Below are positions 39,501 to 49,949 of a stretch of 64,000 nt of DNA, piece after piece. The position numbers and the translations under genes are program-made. The DNA is from Octopus sinensis (taxonomy: Eukaryota). The notes below the pieces were generated by a model. That model ran no database searches and was not told the DNA's origin. It saw nothing but the letters and a program-made list of their open reading frames with translations. Position 1 is the stretch's first letter; every line of letters begins with the position of its first letter. The DNA is taken from NCBI RefSeq assembly GCF_006345805.1, contig NC_043004.1:105648001-105712000 (forward strand), in the 5' to 3' direction.

Positions 39501-40369
39501 CAAATGAATACAGTGAGGGAAACGGTGCATGTTTAAATACTCCCCAGTGCATTATTTTGACCACCTTTTGTAACAGTCTTCCATTATTATCACAATTAGT
39601 GCCTTCAAACCTGATTGGTTTTGTATGTCATATGACTGCTTTTAAGCCATGAAACAGACCTCCATTACTTTATCAAATTCCAAACTCTAAGAGACTTGGC
39701 ACATGCTAGCTTTTATACTTCTGCACATCACATTTATTCTTTGGCTGATTAGTTGTGAACCACTTCAGGTACAATTTGGTTTTGGTGCTTTCTGCTAAAG
39801 AATGCAGCTATTGTTTTGGACTTTCTGTTAGCAATAAACAGAGATAACATAACACTATTTCGTTTTCATACTTGTTTCTTCAACCGAGCAAATCCTTATC
39901 AGTCAGAGAGTTATTCTCACCATTTCTTCGAATGTTTACTTATTGCAGACTTATGCTTTACTTAAACATATTTTTGCCAACATTCTGTATATATTTTCAC
40001 TTGCAAGCATTTCTTGTTTATTTTGAACTTTGTCTTATTTTGAGACCATGGAACATGACAATCGATTCAAATATCAATAAATCATTGTATTATTAGTTTA
40101 TATTTCTTTGACTTTATTTCTTTGAAAATATTAAAATTTTGATGAATGTTATGCTTTTACTTTGACTAATATATTTACAATCAATTTGTTCTTTTGACCA
40201 ATTTGTTTCTCTACAAATATGTTTTTCTACATTGATCTTTCAACCAATGTTTTTGATTAATGTGGTTTTGACAAATGTCCCTAAATCTATATATATGTGT
40301 GTGTGTGTGTGTGTTTATACAACATAGTTGCCAGAATAAGAACAGGGTAAGAGTTCAAGGAGTTATTAC

Positions 40370-40810
40370 TTCTGTTGGCAATAAGAGGCATCTCTCTTCA
40401 CGTGACGGCAGATTGTATGACGTGGATGTATGCTGCATGGTAATGAGAAGAGGGCAGTGAATGAATGTAGAATATGTTTGAAGGCTGGAGTGAAGTGAAG
40501 CAAGAATGCTCTGCTGGGTCCACAGTGAGTGACATGGTGCAGATGAAGTGAGAGTCAATTGAATAAAAGAGTAATCAGACATAGCAGACAATTGGTACAG
40601 AGATGTAATGTCTACGGATGATGACAAATGAGTAAAGAAGTGCCTGAAGATCTAACAGGAAAGGAAACATGGTAGAATTGAAACCAAGGAAGACATGGGC
40701 AGAAATGGTGACAGGTTGTCGAACCTCACAAAGGAGACAACAAAGGAATGCAAAAACTGGCGAGACATTTTTCGTTGAGAAGGAGCCATTCTACCAACGC
40801 AAGCATGGAC

Positions 40811-40874
<64 letters not shown>

Positions 40875-41095
40875 TAATAATAATAATAATGACAATAATA
40901 ATAATAATAATAATGACAATAATAATAATGATAATGATAATGATAACGATGATAATAATGATAATGATAATGATAATAATAATGATAATAATAATAACGA
41001 TGATGATGATGATAATAATAATAATAATAATGATAATGATTATAATGATGATAATGATGATAATAATAATGATAATGATGATGATGATGATGATT
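40370..41095 (+). mobile_element. Decayed RTE LINE 3' end with an expanded (AAT)/(GAT)n tail
   Basis: Remnants of GRLYD..MLHG..., KPRKTWAEMV; followed by a ~285-bp AAT/GAT mosaic. Confidence 0.7.
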
Positions 41096-41770
41096 TCTAC
41101 AATACACACAAGGCTTGAAATTTGTGAGGAGGGGTTCAGTCAATCACACCAACCCCAGTACTTGACTGGTACTTAATTTATCAACCCTGAAAGGATGAAC
41201 AGCAAAGTTGACCTCTGCTGAATTTCCACTCAGAACATAAAGATGGGTGAAATACCACTAATTGGGGACAGGTAGGATTTTGAGATAGGTGCTTGGGTGT
41301 TGAGTATTTTTCATTTAAATTAACGCATAAATACCAAAGCTTATAATTTGTGGAAAGCGACCCTGTGAGATTTCTGACAACAGGTTGTTGTCTGCTCTCA
41401 CAGAATCAACCAGAGCAAGACCAAGAGCTCTGAGAAGTAATATAGCAACAACAATAACAACAGCAACAACGATGATGATGATGATGACGATGACGATGAC
41501 ATATATGAGCAGTTATATATCTCTGTAACTATATATCCATATGTATGTGTGTGTCTCTGGGTAAGGCATTTTACATATTGCTTTAGTTAGCTTAACTGAA
41601 AATGAGAACCAGCTAAATGCTGAGGCTTCTTTCTCCTCCACCAATTGTTACATCCTCAATGTTTCACTGATGACACACCTGAAAGGAAATCTGTGTCTCT
41701 GATCAGGTACCAAAAACTATAAGTGAAATCATGGTGCATGCAACTTAGTTAGGTGCAGGAGTGGCTGTGT

Positions 41771-41948
41771 ATAGGCGCAGGAGTGGCTGTGTGGTAAGTA
41801 GCTTGCTTATGAACTACATGGTTCCGGGTTCAGTCCCACTGCTTGGCATCTTGGGCAAATGTCTTCTACTATAGCCTCGGGCCGACCACAGCCTTGTGAG
41901 TGGATTTGGTAGACGGAAACTGAAAGAAGCCTGTCGTATGTATGTATG

Positions 41949-41991
<43 letters not shown>

Positions 41992-42207
41992 TTGTGTGTC
42001 TGTGTTTGTCCCCCTAGCATTGCTTGACAACCGATGCTGGTGTGTTTACGTCCCCCGTCACTTAGCGGTTCGGCAAAAAGAGACCGATAGAATAAGCACT
42101 GGGCTTACAAAGAATAAGTCCCGGGGTCGATTTGCTCGACTAAAGGCGGTGCTCCAGCATGGCCGCAGTCAAATGACTGAAACAAGTAAAAGTAAAAGTA
42201 AAGTAAG
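41771..42207 (+). mobile_element. tRNA-derived SINE, family A, young full-length copy
   Basis: CpG-retaining; A/B boxes, internal TA/TG tract and tail; duplicated head at 41752-41770. Confidence 0.9.
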
Positions 42208-42619
42208 TTCTCGTTTCCAAGTGATGGCAATAGATGGTCATGTGTGTGTGTGCACACATAATGCATGATATATATATATATATATATATAATATATATAT
42301 ATATATACACACACTCTTACAAATTTACATAAGCACACACTTATATGTATGAAATGGAAGAAATGGCAATGGGACAGGAAATTAAGTAACAAACTTCAAA
42401 TGCATAATTTCCTGTTCTTCTGTCATTTATTTAATTTCATATTATACTCTGTACTCAAATAATGCTTTATTCTGAAAGCATGAGAATATTGAGTTACTGA
42501 GTTATAATACCAGGTTATTGGTGTTGCTATACCAAAACAAAACAAAACAAAACATTACATACATACATACATATAAATATATATATATATACATATATAT
42601 ATATACTTATATATATATC

Positions 42620-42655
<36 letters not shown>

Positions 42656-42658
42656 ATA

Positions 42659-42801
42659 TTGGCCTGCTCACTTATATATATATCACGTGATCACGTGACC
42701 GACCAGACCATCAGATGTTGTTACACATCGCTGGTCACAATGCGTTCGCATTGTTTTAGCCTTTGAATAACGTCACCCCGCTGGCTAAGCGAGCAGGCCA
42801 A
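42659..42801. mobile_element. Small MITE-like structured element in a (TA)n array
   Basis: Terminal IRs TTGGCCTGCTC / GAGCAGGCCAA; internal palindrome TCACGTGATCACGTGA and hairpins. Confidence 0.6.
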
Positions 42802-42857
42802 TATATATATATATATACACACACATATACAAACATACATGTATGTGTGTATATATT

Positions 42858-42889
<32 letters not shown>

Positions 42890-42912
42890 CAACATACATG
42901 TATGTGTGTATA

Positions 42913-42963
<51 letters not shown>

Positions 42964-44011
42964 ATATATGTACACACACCCACATATATATATATAAATA
43001 TTGACATATATTACAAATAAGTAAGAACGAAAGTTACGTAGCCATGTTCATTAGCTTACAGCTGTTTTTGCAATAATGAACTATACATCCAGTCTTGAGT
43101 GCCAGTGTGACATCTTATGGCTTCCTCAGAGCTATTTAATTGCTCTCGACTCTGAGTGCATGGTCCCTAATATCCAGAACAGCTGAAAACTAATGTAGGT
43201 GATTTTATAAGTCCAATTCTTTTGTCCTTTGGTCATTTATTCATTTATATTCAGCTCCCTACTGACATTCTGGTCCGTAGAAGGGTTCAGAGTCAGAATG
43301 TCAGATAATTCGCACCTCTTCATTACCAGACCTTACTAAGTAAATATACTGAGAGGTAATATTTATCCCCACTTAAACATGGGTGTTCTTTTAGAACAAG
43401 CTATACTGCAGTAGATACCATGAGAGAAACTCTCATATTGGCTTTTGGGACAAAATGCACTCATGTTCATACCACCTGTATACTGAGTTCTTAAAATTCA
43501 TTACAGCTCACTCAGGCTAAGTGAAATAATGAAATACACTCAAACACACTCATAAATCATCATCATCATCATTGTCATCATTGTCATCATCATCATTGTC
43601 ATCATCATCATTGTCATCATCATCATCATCATTATTATCTTCTCCATACGTCTGAGTACTTCGTCATTCATTTGTGCTGCCTCATTTATTTCTGTAACTC
43701 TAATGGCTGGCAAAGTTGATTTTTACATGGATCAGTTGCCCAAAGAGGTTACATCTGATGGTCTATGGAAGCCTTGATTGAAGTTTTCTGGGTCTTTCAT
43801 TGTAGCTGTTTATCTTCTTTATTTCTTTGATGGTTTTCAAAATGTTCTATGCCTATCTTGACGTAAATACCATACTGTTCTGTCTTTAGATATGTATATA
43901 TATTTCTACTGCAGTCCTGGGCTAAACAAAGCCTTGTGAGTGGATATGATAGACAGAAACTGAAAGAAACCTATCGTATGTATGTATATACATACATATA
44001 GATATATATAT

Positions 44012-44050
<39 letters not shown>

Positions 44051-44265
44051 TTGTGTGTTGTCTTTGTGTCTGTTTGCCACCCTCCATCATCACTTTGCAA
44101 CCAGTGTTGGTGCATTCATGTCTTCATAACTTAGTGGTTCAGCAAAAGAGAGAGATAGAATAAGTACTAGGCTTAAAAAAGTCCTGGAGTCGATTTGTTT
44201 AACTAAAACCCTTCAAGGTGGTGCTCCAGCATAGTCACAGTCAACCGACTGAAGCAAGTAAAAGA

Positions 44266-44314
<49 letters not shown>

Positions 44315-44762
44315 CATATATGCTACTGCTCTCTTGCCTTGACTTCACATGATTGTAAAATGAGAGCCATTGTCATGCGAGCATTGAGCTTTGTTGTCAG
44401 TCTTTCATGAAAACATATCAGGTAATTGGAAAATATTACCTTACTTGGAAACAGCTAATGGTTGGTAACAAGAAAGGCATCTGAGAGTGGAAAATCTGCC
44501 TCAGTGAATTCTGTCCAACCCATGCAAGCTTGAAAAGGTGGACACTGAAACGATGATAACAATGTAGATGTTTATATGTGCATGTGTGTTTGTGTAGGTG
44601 TGTGTCTCCCCCTATATACATCTCTATAAATACATACATACACACACACACACATACACACACATATATATATATATATATATAGTATAGCTATATATAT
44701 ATATATGGGTGTGCAAAGCAGAAAATGGGTGCCATTGAAGCCTTGTATGTATGTATGTGTAG

Positions 44763-44793
<31 letters not shown>

Positions 44794-45071
44794 CAACAAT
44801 GAGGGTAAAATTAATAATTAATTAATCAATTTCACCAGTATTCAGATGCAAGGGACCATTTAAGGCGAATTCAAATTATTATATTATATAAAAGGGCTTA
44901 GTAAAATAAATTACTTTGCCGCATACTGAACTCGTTAGAAATAGCAGTTAAAAAAACTTTTTATAAAACTATTTCTAACACTTAAAGAAAACCTCTCTCA
45001 TATAGTGTTTGCTCCATTCAACACAAGAAGTTTGGGGGTAGAGACATTAAAAATCAAATGCAAAGGTTATT

Positions 45072-45123
45072 TGAGTACTACGTTTCAAGATTAGTCAAAA
45101 TCGACCCTTCTCTCATCAGCTCA
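45072..45123 (-). ncRNA. Type I hammerhead ribozyme, copy 1
   Basis: TGAG-CTGATGA-GAGAAGGGTCGATTTTGACTAATCTT-GAAAC-GTA-GTA-CTCA: intact core, 4-bp stem I, GUA triplet. Confidence 0.8.
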
Positions 45124-45619
45124 GAATGCCCTTGTTTGATTTGAAAACACTGAAAATGGGCCATACCCTTTCGGCTTGTTATCGCTTCTGAAGATCTGTT
45201 CCAAACTAACAGTGCCACCAAACTCAAATATGCAAGCGAAGAATTTCTGCTCTCCCCTTTCCACCAGCGTGGGTTAAAATCAGCAAACACTATGCTTTTT
45301 TCGGTAAAATCCGAGACATTAAGTAGAGAGAGATGAATTATAATTTCAACAATTGAGGGTAAAATTAATTAATTAATTAATCAATTTCACCAAGTATTCA
45401 GTATGCAAAGGGACCATTTAAGGCGAATTCAAATTATTACATTATATAAAAGGGCTTAGTAAAATAAATTACTTTGCCGCATACTGACTCGTTAGAAATA
45501 GCAGCTAAAAACTTTTTATAAAACTATTCTAACACTTAAAGAAAACTCTCTATTAGTGTTTGCTCCATTCAACACAGAAAGTTTGGGTAGAGACATTAAA
45601 ATCAAATGCAAAGGTTATT

Positions 45620-45671
45620 TGGTACGTACGTTTCAAGATTAGTCAAAATCGACCCTTCTCTCATCAGCTCA
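45620..45671 (-). ncRNA. Type I hammerhead ribozyme, copy 2
   Basis: TGAG-CTGATGA-(same stem II)-GAAAC-GTAC-GTA-CCA: intact core, palindromic ACGTACGT stem III; one base missing in stem I relative to copy 1. Confidence 0.78.
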
Positions 45672-45831
45672 GAATGCCCTTGTTTGAATTTGAAAACACT
45701 GAAAATGGGAGCATACCCTTCGGCTTGTTATCGCTTCTGAAGATCTGTTCCAACTAACAGTGCCACCAAACTCAAATATGCAAGCGAAGAATTTCTGCTC
45801 TCCCCTTTTTATATATATATATATATATATA

Positions 45832-46212
45832 TCTACACATACATACATACAAGGCTTCAATGGCACCCATTTTCTGCTTTGCACACCCATACTTTTTCGC
45901 ACACTTGCATCGTAACACCCCCAAGAGTTTCAGAGCCCACTTCTCTGATTTCTCCATTGATGTTCTTTAGTTGCACCAGTATCTACGTTTTTTTGACGTA
46001 AACCCCCTCGGTTAGGTATCCCCAGAAGAAAATATCTGGCTAGTCAAGTCTGGGGAACATGAAGGTCATTCAAAGTAGACCTCACATGGTTCCAGCAAGA
46101 TGGGACAACTGTTCATACAACAACAGAATCAATACAGTTACTACAGAATGCTTTGGAGACAGAATAATCTCCCTCTACAGCAATGTCAACTGGCCTTCAC
46201 ATTCCCCTGCGA
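45832..46212. pseudogene. Tc1/mariner-superfamily (rosa/maT-like) transposase fragments in opposite orientations
   Basis: Plus strand 46087-46210: WFQQDGTTVHTT...NVNWPSHSP. Minus strand 46075-45850: WPSCSPDLT.PDIFFWGYL..GVY...ENG.H. Confidence 0.7.
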
Positions 46213-46604
46213 AGTAATTTTATTTAATTCTCTCGCAGGAAGGGCTAGTTTGACGAGTCGTGTTCTTTCCTACCTTTGAAACACACTGGAGTTGAACTAG
46301 GGACAGCTGATGAAGGGGATTTTTCCTTGTGTAGTTTGTCTTGTACTCTGTTTTTCTGTTGTAAAAAAATGGTTTGTTCCATGCTTGTTTTTCCGTTTTC
46401 GTTTCTCGTTGAGTTCTACGTCTATTTGTGGTGTCCTGTACTCACGTATATATATTTATATATGCATGTATATATACATGTAGATATAGGTACGTACATA
46501 TATGTATGTATGTATGCATATATTTTATTTATTACACTATATATATATATATATATGTAAGTATGTATGTATATATATATAAATACATATAAGAACATTT
46601 ATAT

Positions 46605-46832
46605 ACCCAGGAAAACCTGGGACAAGGTGGTGAAGCACGACCTTCGAACTTTAGGCCTCACCAAGGCAATGACTAGCGACCGAGACCTTTGGAAATATGC
46701 TGTGCATGAGAAGACCCGGCAGGACAAGTGAGTCCATCCCAGCCAGCCCACTTATGCATGCCTTTCCTCCCCAGTCGAACTGTCCAACTCATGCTAGCAT
46801 GAAGAACAGACGTTAAATGATGATGATGATGT
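46605..46832 (+). mobile_element. RTE 3' fragment with internal deletion
   Basis: Near-identical to 15259-15410, joined to the terminal ~50 bp and (GAT)n tail. Confidence 0.9.
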
Positions 46833-46859
46833 ATATATATATATATACATATATATATT

Positions 46860-47332
46860 GTCAATAAGTATGCATTGAAGAAATAGCCAAATTTTTGGCT
46901 GCTATATTAAATTAGAGATAAAACCACTATTAGGCAAATCATACAATGAAAAACTTAAGCCAATACATAAGATTAATTAATTTATATTATTTTAAATATA
47001 TATCAAAATTATCAAAAAAAGATAATTAGTATAACACTACGATCATTTCATGGCTGTCCAATTCTTAAAATTTCGAGTTACAGTCATGCTTCAGGTGATT
47101 TAAATATTTAACTTAGCGAGGTTTAATCAATGAACAAAAATTTTAATTTTGATATATATTTAAAATAATATAAATTAATTAATCTTATGTATTGGCTTAA
47201 GTTTTTCATTGTATGATTTGCCTAATAGTGGTTTTATCTCTAATTTAATATAATATAATGTTTTACTATAAAATTGGATTCAATCCTAAATCTGATTTTT
47301 CCCTGTAAGTTTGGATTTATTCCCTAATATTT

Positions 47333-47340
<8 letters not shown>
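46860..47340. mobile_element. (TA)n-flanked repeat with a perfect 109-bp inverted repeat (Penelope-LTR-like)
   Basis: Arms 46903-47011 and 47144-47252 are exact reverse complements; the 132-bp spacer holds a hammerhead relic. Confidence 0.65.
47035..47097 (-). ncRNA. Decayed type I hammerhead ribozyme
   Basis: CAC-CTGAAGC-ATGACTGT...ACAGCCAT-GAAA-T-GATC-GTA-GTG: 7/8-bp stem II, 3-bp stem I; A9 is C, and C15.2 is T at a CpG. Confidence 0.6.
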
Positions 47341-47381
<41 letters not shown>

Positions 47382-47399
47382 CATAAATATATATATACA

Positions 47400-48492
47400 T
47401 AAAGAGAACATCCTTCCCACGATGTATGTTTTATCTGGCACTGAGGCAAGACTACCCCTCTAGCCATGGTCTATGTTTAATCCAGCACTTAGGCTAGACT
47501 TCAGCCCAACTTAACATGGCCTACATTTAGTCCGGCACTTAGTCTAGGCTGCTCCCCACCATGCCCTACGTTTAATCTGGCACTTAGGCTACACTGCCAT
47601 CCTCCATGGCCTACGTTTAATCCAGCACCAACGCTAGACTGCCCACCTACACCCTCAGTTAATTCAGCACTTAGGCTAATCTGCCCCTCACCATAAACTC
47701 TACATTTAATCAGGCATTTTAGGATGAAATCCTCCTTCTCCTTTCCCCCATCCTCCCCTTCCAGGTCCCTCCCCTTCCTCGACTTCTTGGAAAATTCCAA
47801 GGAGGGGACCTGATATGGAGGGGGTACTTTCTGGATAGTTCCGAGGAGGGGGACTTCCTGGAAAAATCCAAGGAGGGGGATCTGAAGGAGAGGAAAGGGA
47901 AGAAGGGTAGGGAGTACATCCTGGAAAAGTCCGAGGTGGGAGCTTCTCAGAAAAGTCTGAGGAGGGGGACTTCCTGAAAAAGTCCAAGGAGGGGGAACTG
48001 AATGGGGAGTGAGTACTTCCTGGAAAGGTTCAAGGAGGGGGACTTCCTGGAAAAGTCCAAGGAGGAGGAGCAGAAAGGGGAAGAAGGGGAGGGAGTACTT
48101 CCTGGAAAAGTTTGATTAGGGGGACTTCCTGGAAAAGTCCAAGGAGAGGGAGCTGAAGAGGATGAAAGGGGGGAAGTGTTTCATGGAAAAATCCGAGGAG
48201 GTCTTCCTGGAGGCTGACTGTCATCCTGTGCTCCCCTTGTTGCCAGCAAAATGATACATGCCAGCTGACTGGGCAACTCATTGCTCTTAATGGTGGAAGA
48301 AACAGGACAAAAAGATTACAAAAATAGCGATTCCCACTTTGAAACTGACAATTTTGAAAATCTTTTTAAATTACGGAATGCCTCACTCTCTCCTGAATCC
48401 ATGTTTAAAATTTCAGCATGATCGGATGAACAATACTTGAGTTATAAGCACACAAACAAACAGACAGACAGAACGAAATTTATATATTAGAT
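47400..48492 (+). mobile_element. Probable non-autonomous Helitron/Helentron-type (HINE/DINE-like) element with internal tandem arrays
   Basis: 3' end aaatttcagcatgatcggatgaac...acaaacagacagacagaacgaaatttatatattagat resembles HINE-like ends; internal 45-bp x7 and ~27-bp x12 arrays. Confidence 0.5.
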
Positions 48493-48813
48493 ATAATAGA
48501 CACATACATATACACACACATATATATCTGTGTAAACACTTGAATATATTTGTATGTGTATATTAAATCTAAGGCAAATCAAAAACATGATGATAGGAGA
48601 TCAGTTTTGAGACTTTACCAATTTCCTAATCTGCCATCAATTTCACTGAATGTTCTATTTGTCACCGAAGCAAGTTCTGTTGCGTTCCAATCACATGACT
48701 AGTTGCCATAGTAACTATGAGAATTAAAATCGACACACATCAGTTCTTTCTGTTTTTCTTTTTCATTTGTTAGCATATTTGCGTGCGTATGTGAGTTTGT
48801 GTATCTGTGTTTG

Positions 48814-48851
<38 letters not shown>

Positions 48852-49723
48852 TGTGCCTGTCTGTGTGTGTGTGTCTGTGTGTATTTTATTTTGAAAATAC
48901 TTTCTGGGAATTTCCTTAATTATTTTATATTTTTTTTCTCTTCGCAATTTTTATGTTGAATGTTTATTTTCATGATATTGATACATTTTTTTCCTTTTCT
49001 TTTCTTCCAATTTTCATTTTATTATTTTCTTTTTTTCTCACTTGATTATTTATTCATATTTATTTATAGAGATAGTTTACTTTTTTTTAAATTTACATAT
49101 ATTTAAAATTTATTATTTTTGTTTTTGCAATCAAATTAAAAAAGAAAATACAGTTAAACGAGTCAGCTGAGAGATGTAAGCATGTTGAGTGAAAATGTTT
49201 TCCAGCGCAGCAACATTCAAAATAAATTTATTTTCAGGCATTAAAAACCATTTTAAAACATAATTTAACCTTAAATTCTCAATTTTATCATTTTCTATTT
49301 TCCTTTTATATTTTCACTTTTATTTGCGTGAAGTGAGTAGGAGGGTAGAATTTTGTTATTCATTTATTTCTTTTGAGTATTTTTTAACCGTTAGTAAAGA
49401 AATACTCTGTAATTGGTCCATGCATTCAGTATTGTATTGCAGAATTGTTTGTAATTCCATGATTCAGCACTAAGTAGGTGAAGGTGTTGAAGAGCAGACA
49501 TCAAAGTTCATGACTTCAAATCTTGTTAAATATCATCTTAAGTCATGGCATATTGAACAGTTACCAAGGGGCCTCATATATCTAGGGGCTTGTTATAGTC
49601 ATGTGTGTAGGACCTCCAATACTTTACTTTGCCTGGGGAAACCTATAATGCAGTTAAGATGTCTCTGCTCCAGCAATGAAACCAGAGCAAACTCAAACCA
49701 ATTTTGTTAATAGGAATCATGCT

Positions 49724-49949
49724 TCAGCCTCTTTGATTCCAATCTGCCTGAGGCCACCCTTGGTTCTGTGATATAAACTTCCTGCTCCAATATGGTCTAA
49801 ATTAAAATCTCTCATTAAAATTTCATGTTAATTTATGTTCCAAACACCAGCTTTATAATGGCATGAATATTTTACTATATTCTTTATTTCCAAAATTAAA
49901 TGAAATAATGAGGTGCGTTTCAACAGATATATGATAACAAAAAGGTTAA
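49724..49949. mobile_element. Old MITE remnant with a TTAA-type end
   Basis: Right end ...ataacaaaaaggTTAA; left end degenerate. Confidence 0.35.

Larger units (their letters stand above)
44788..45809 (-). mobile_element. Tandem (~1.85 x 548 bp) hammerhead-containing non-autonomous retroelement (retrozyme / Penelope-LTR-like)
   Basis: Two ~470-bp direct copies (44788-45260, 45340-45806), each with a hammerhead; inserted in (TA)n; no long ORF. Confidence 0.75.

Noticed and set aside
40652-41176. Four overlapping poly-N/I/Y/D ORFs
   Set aside because: They come from the (AAT)/(GAT)n tail of a decayed RTE.
41771-41850. tRNA genes at SINE heads
   Set aside because: A/B-box remnants are present but there is no complete cloverleaf, and each runs into a SINE body.
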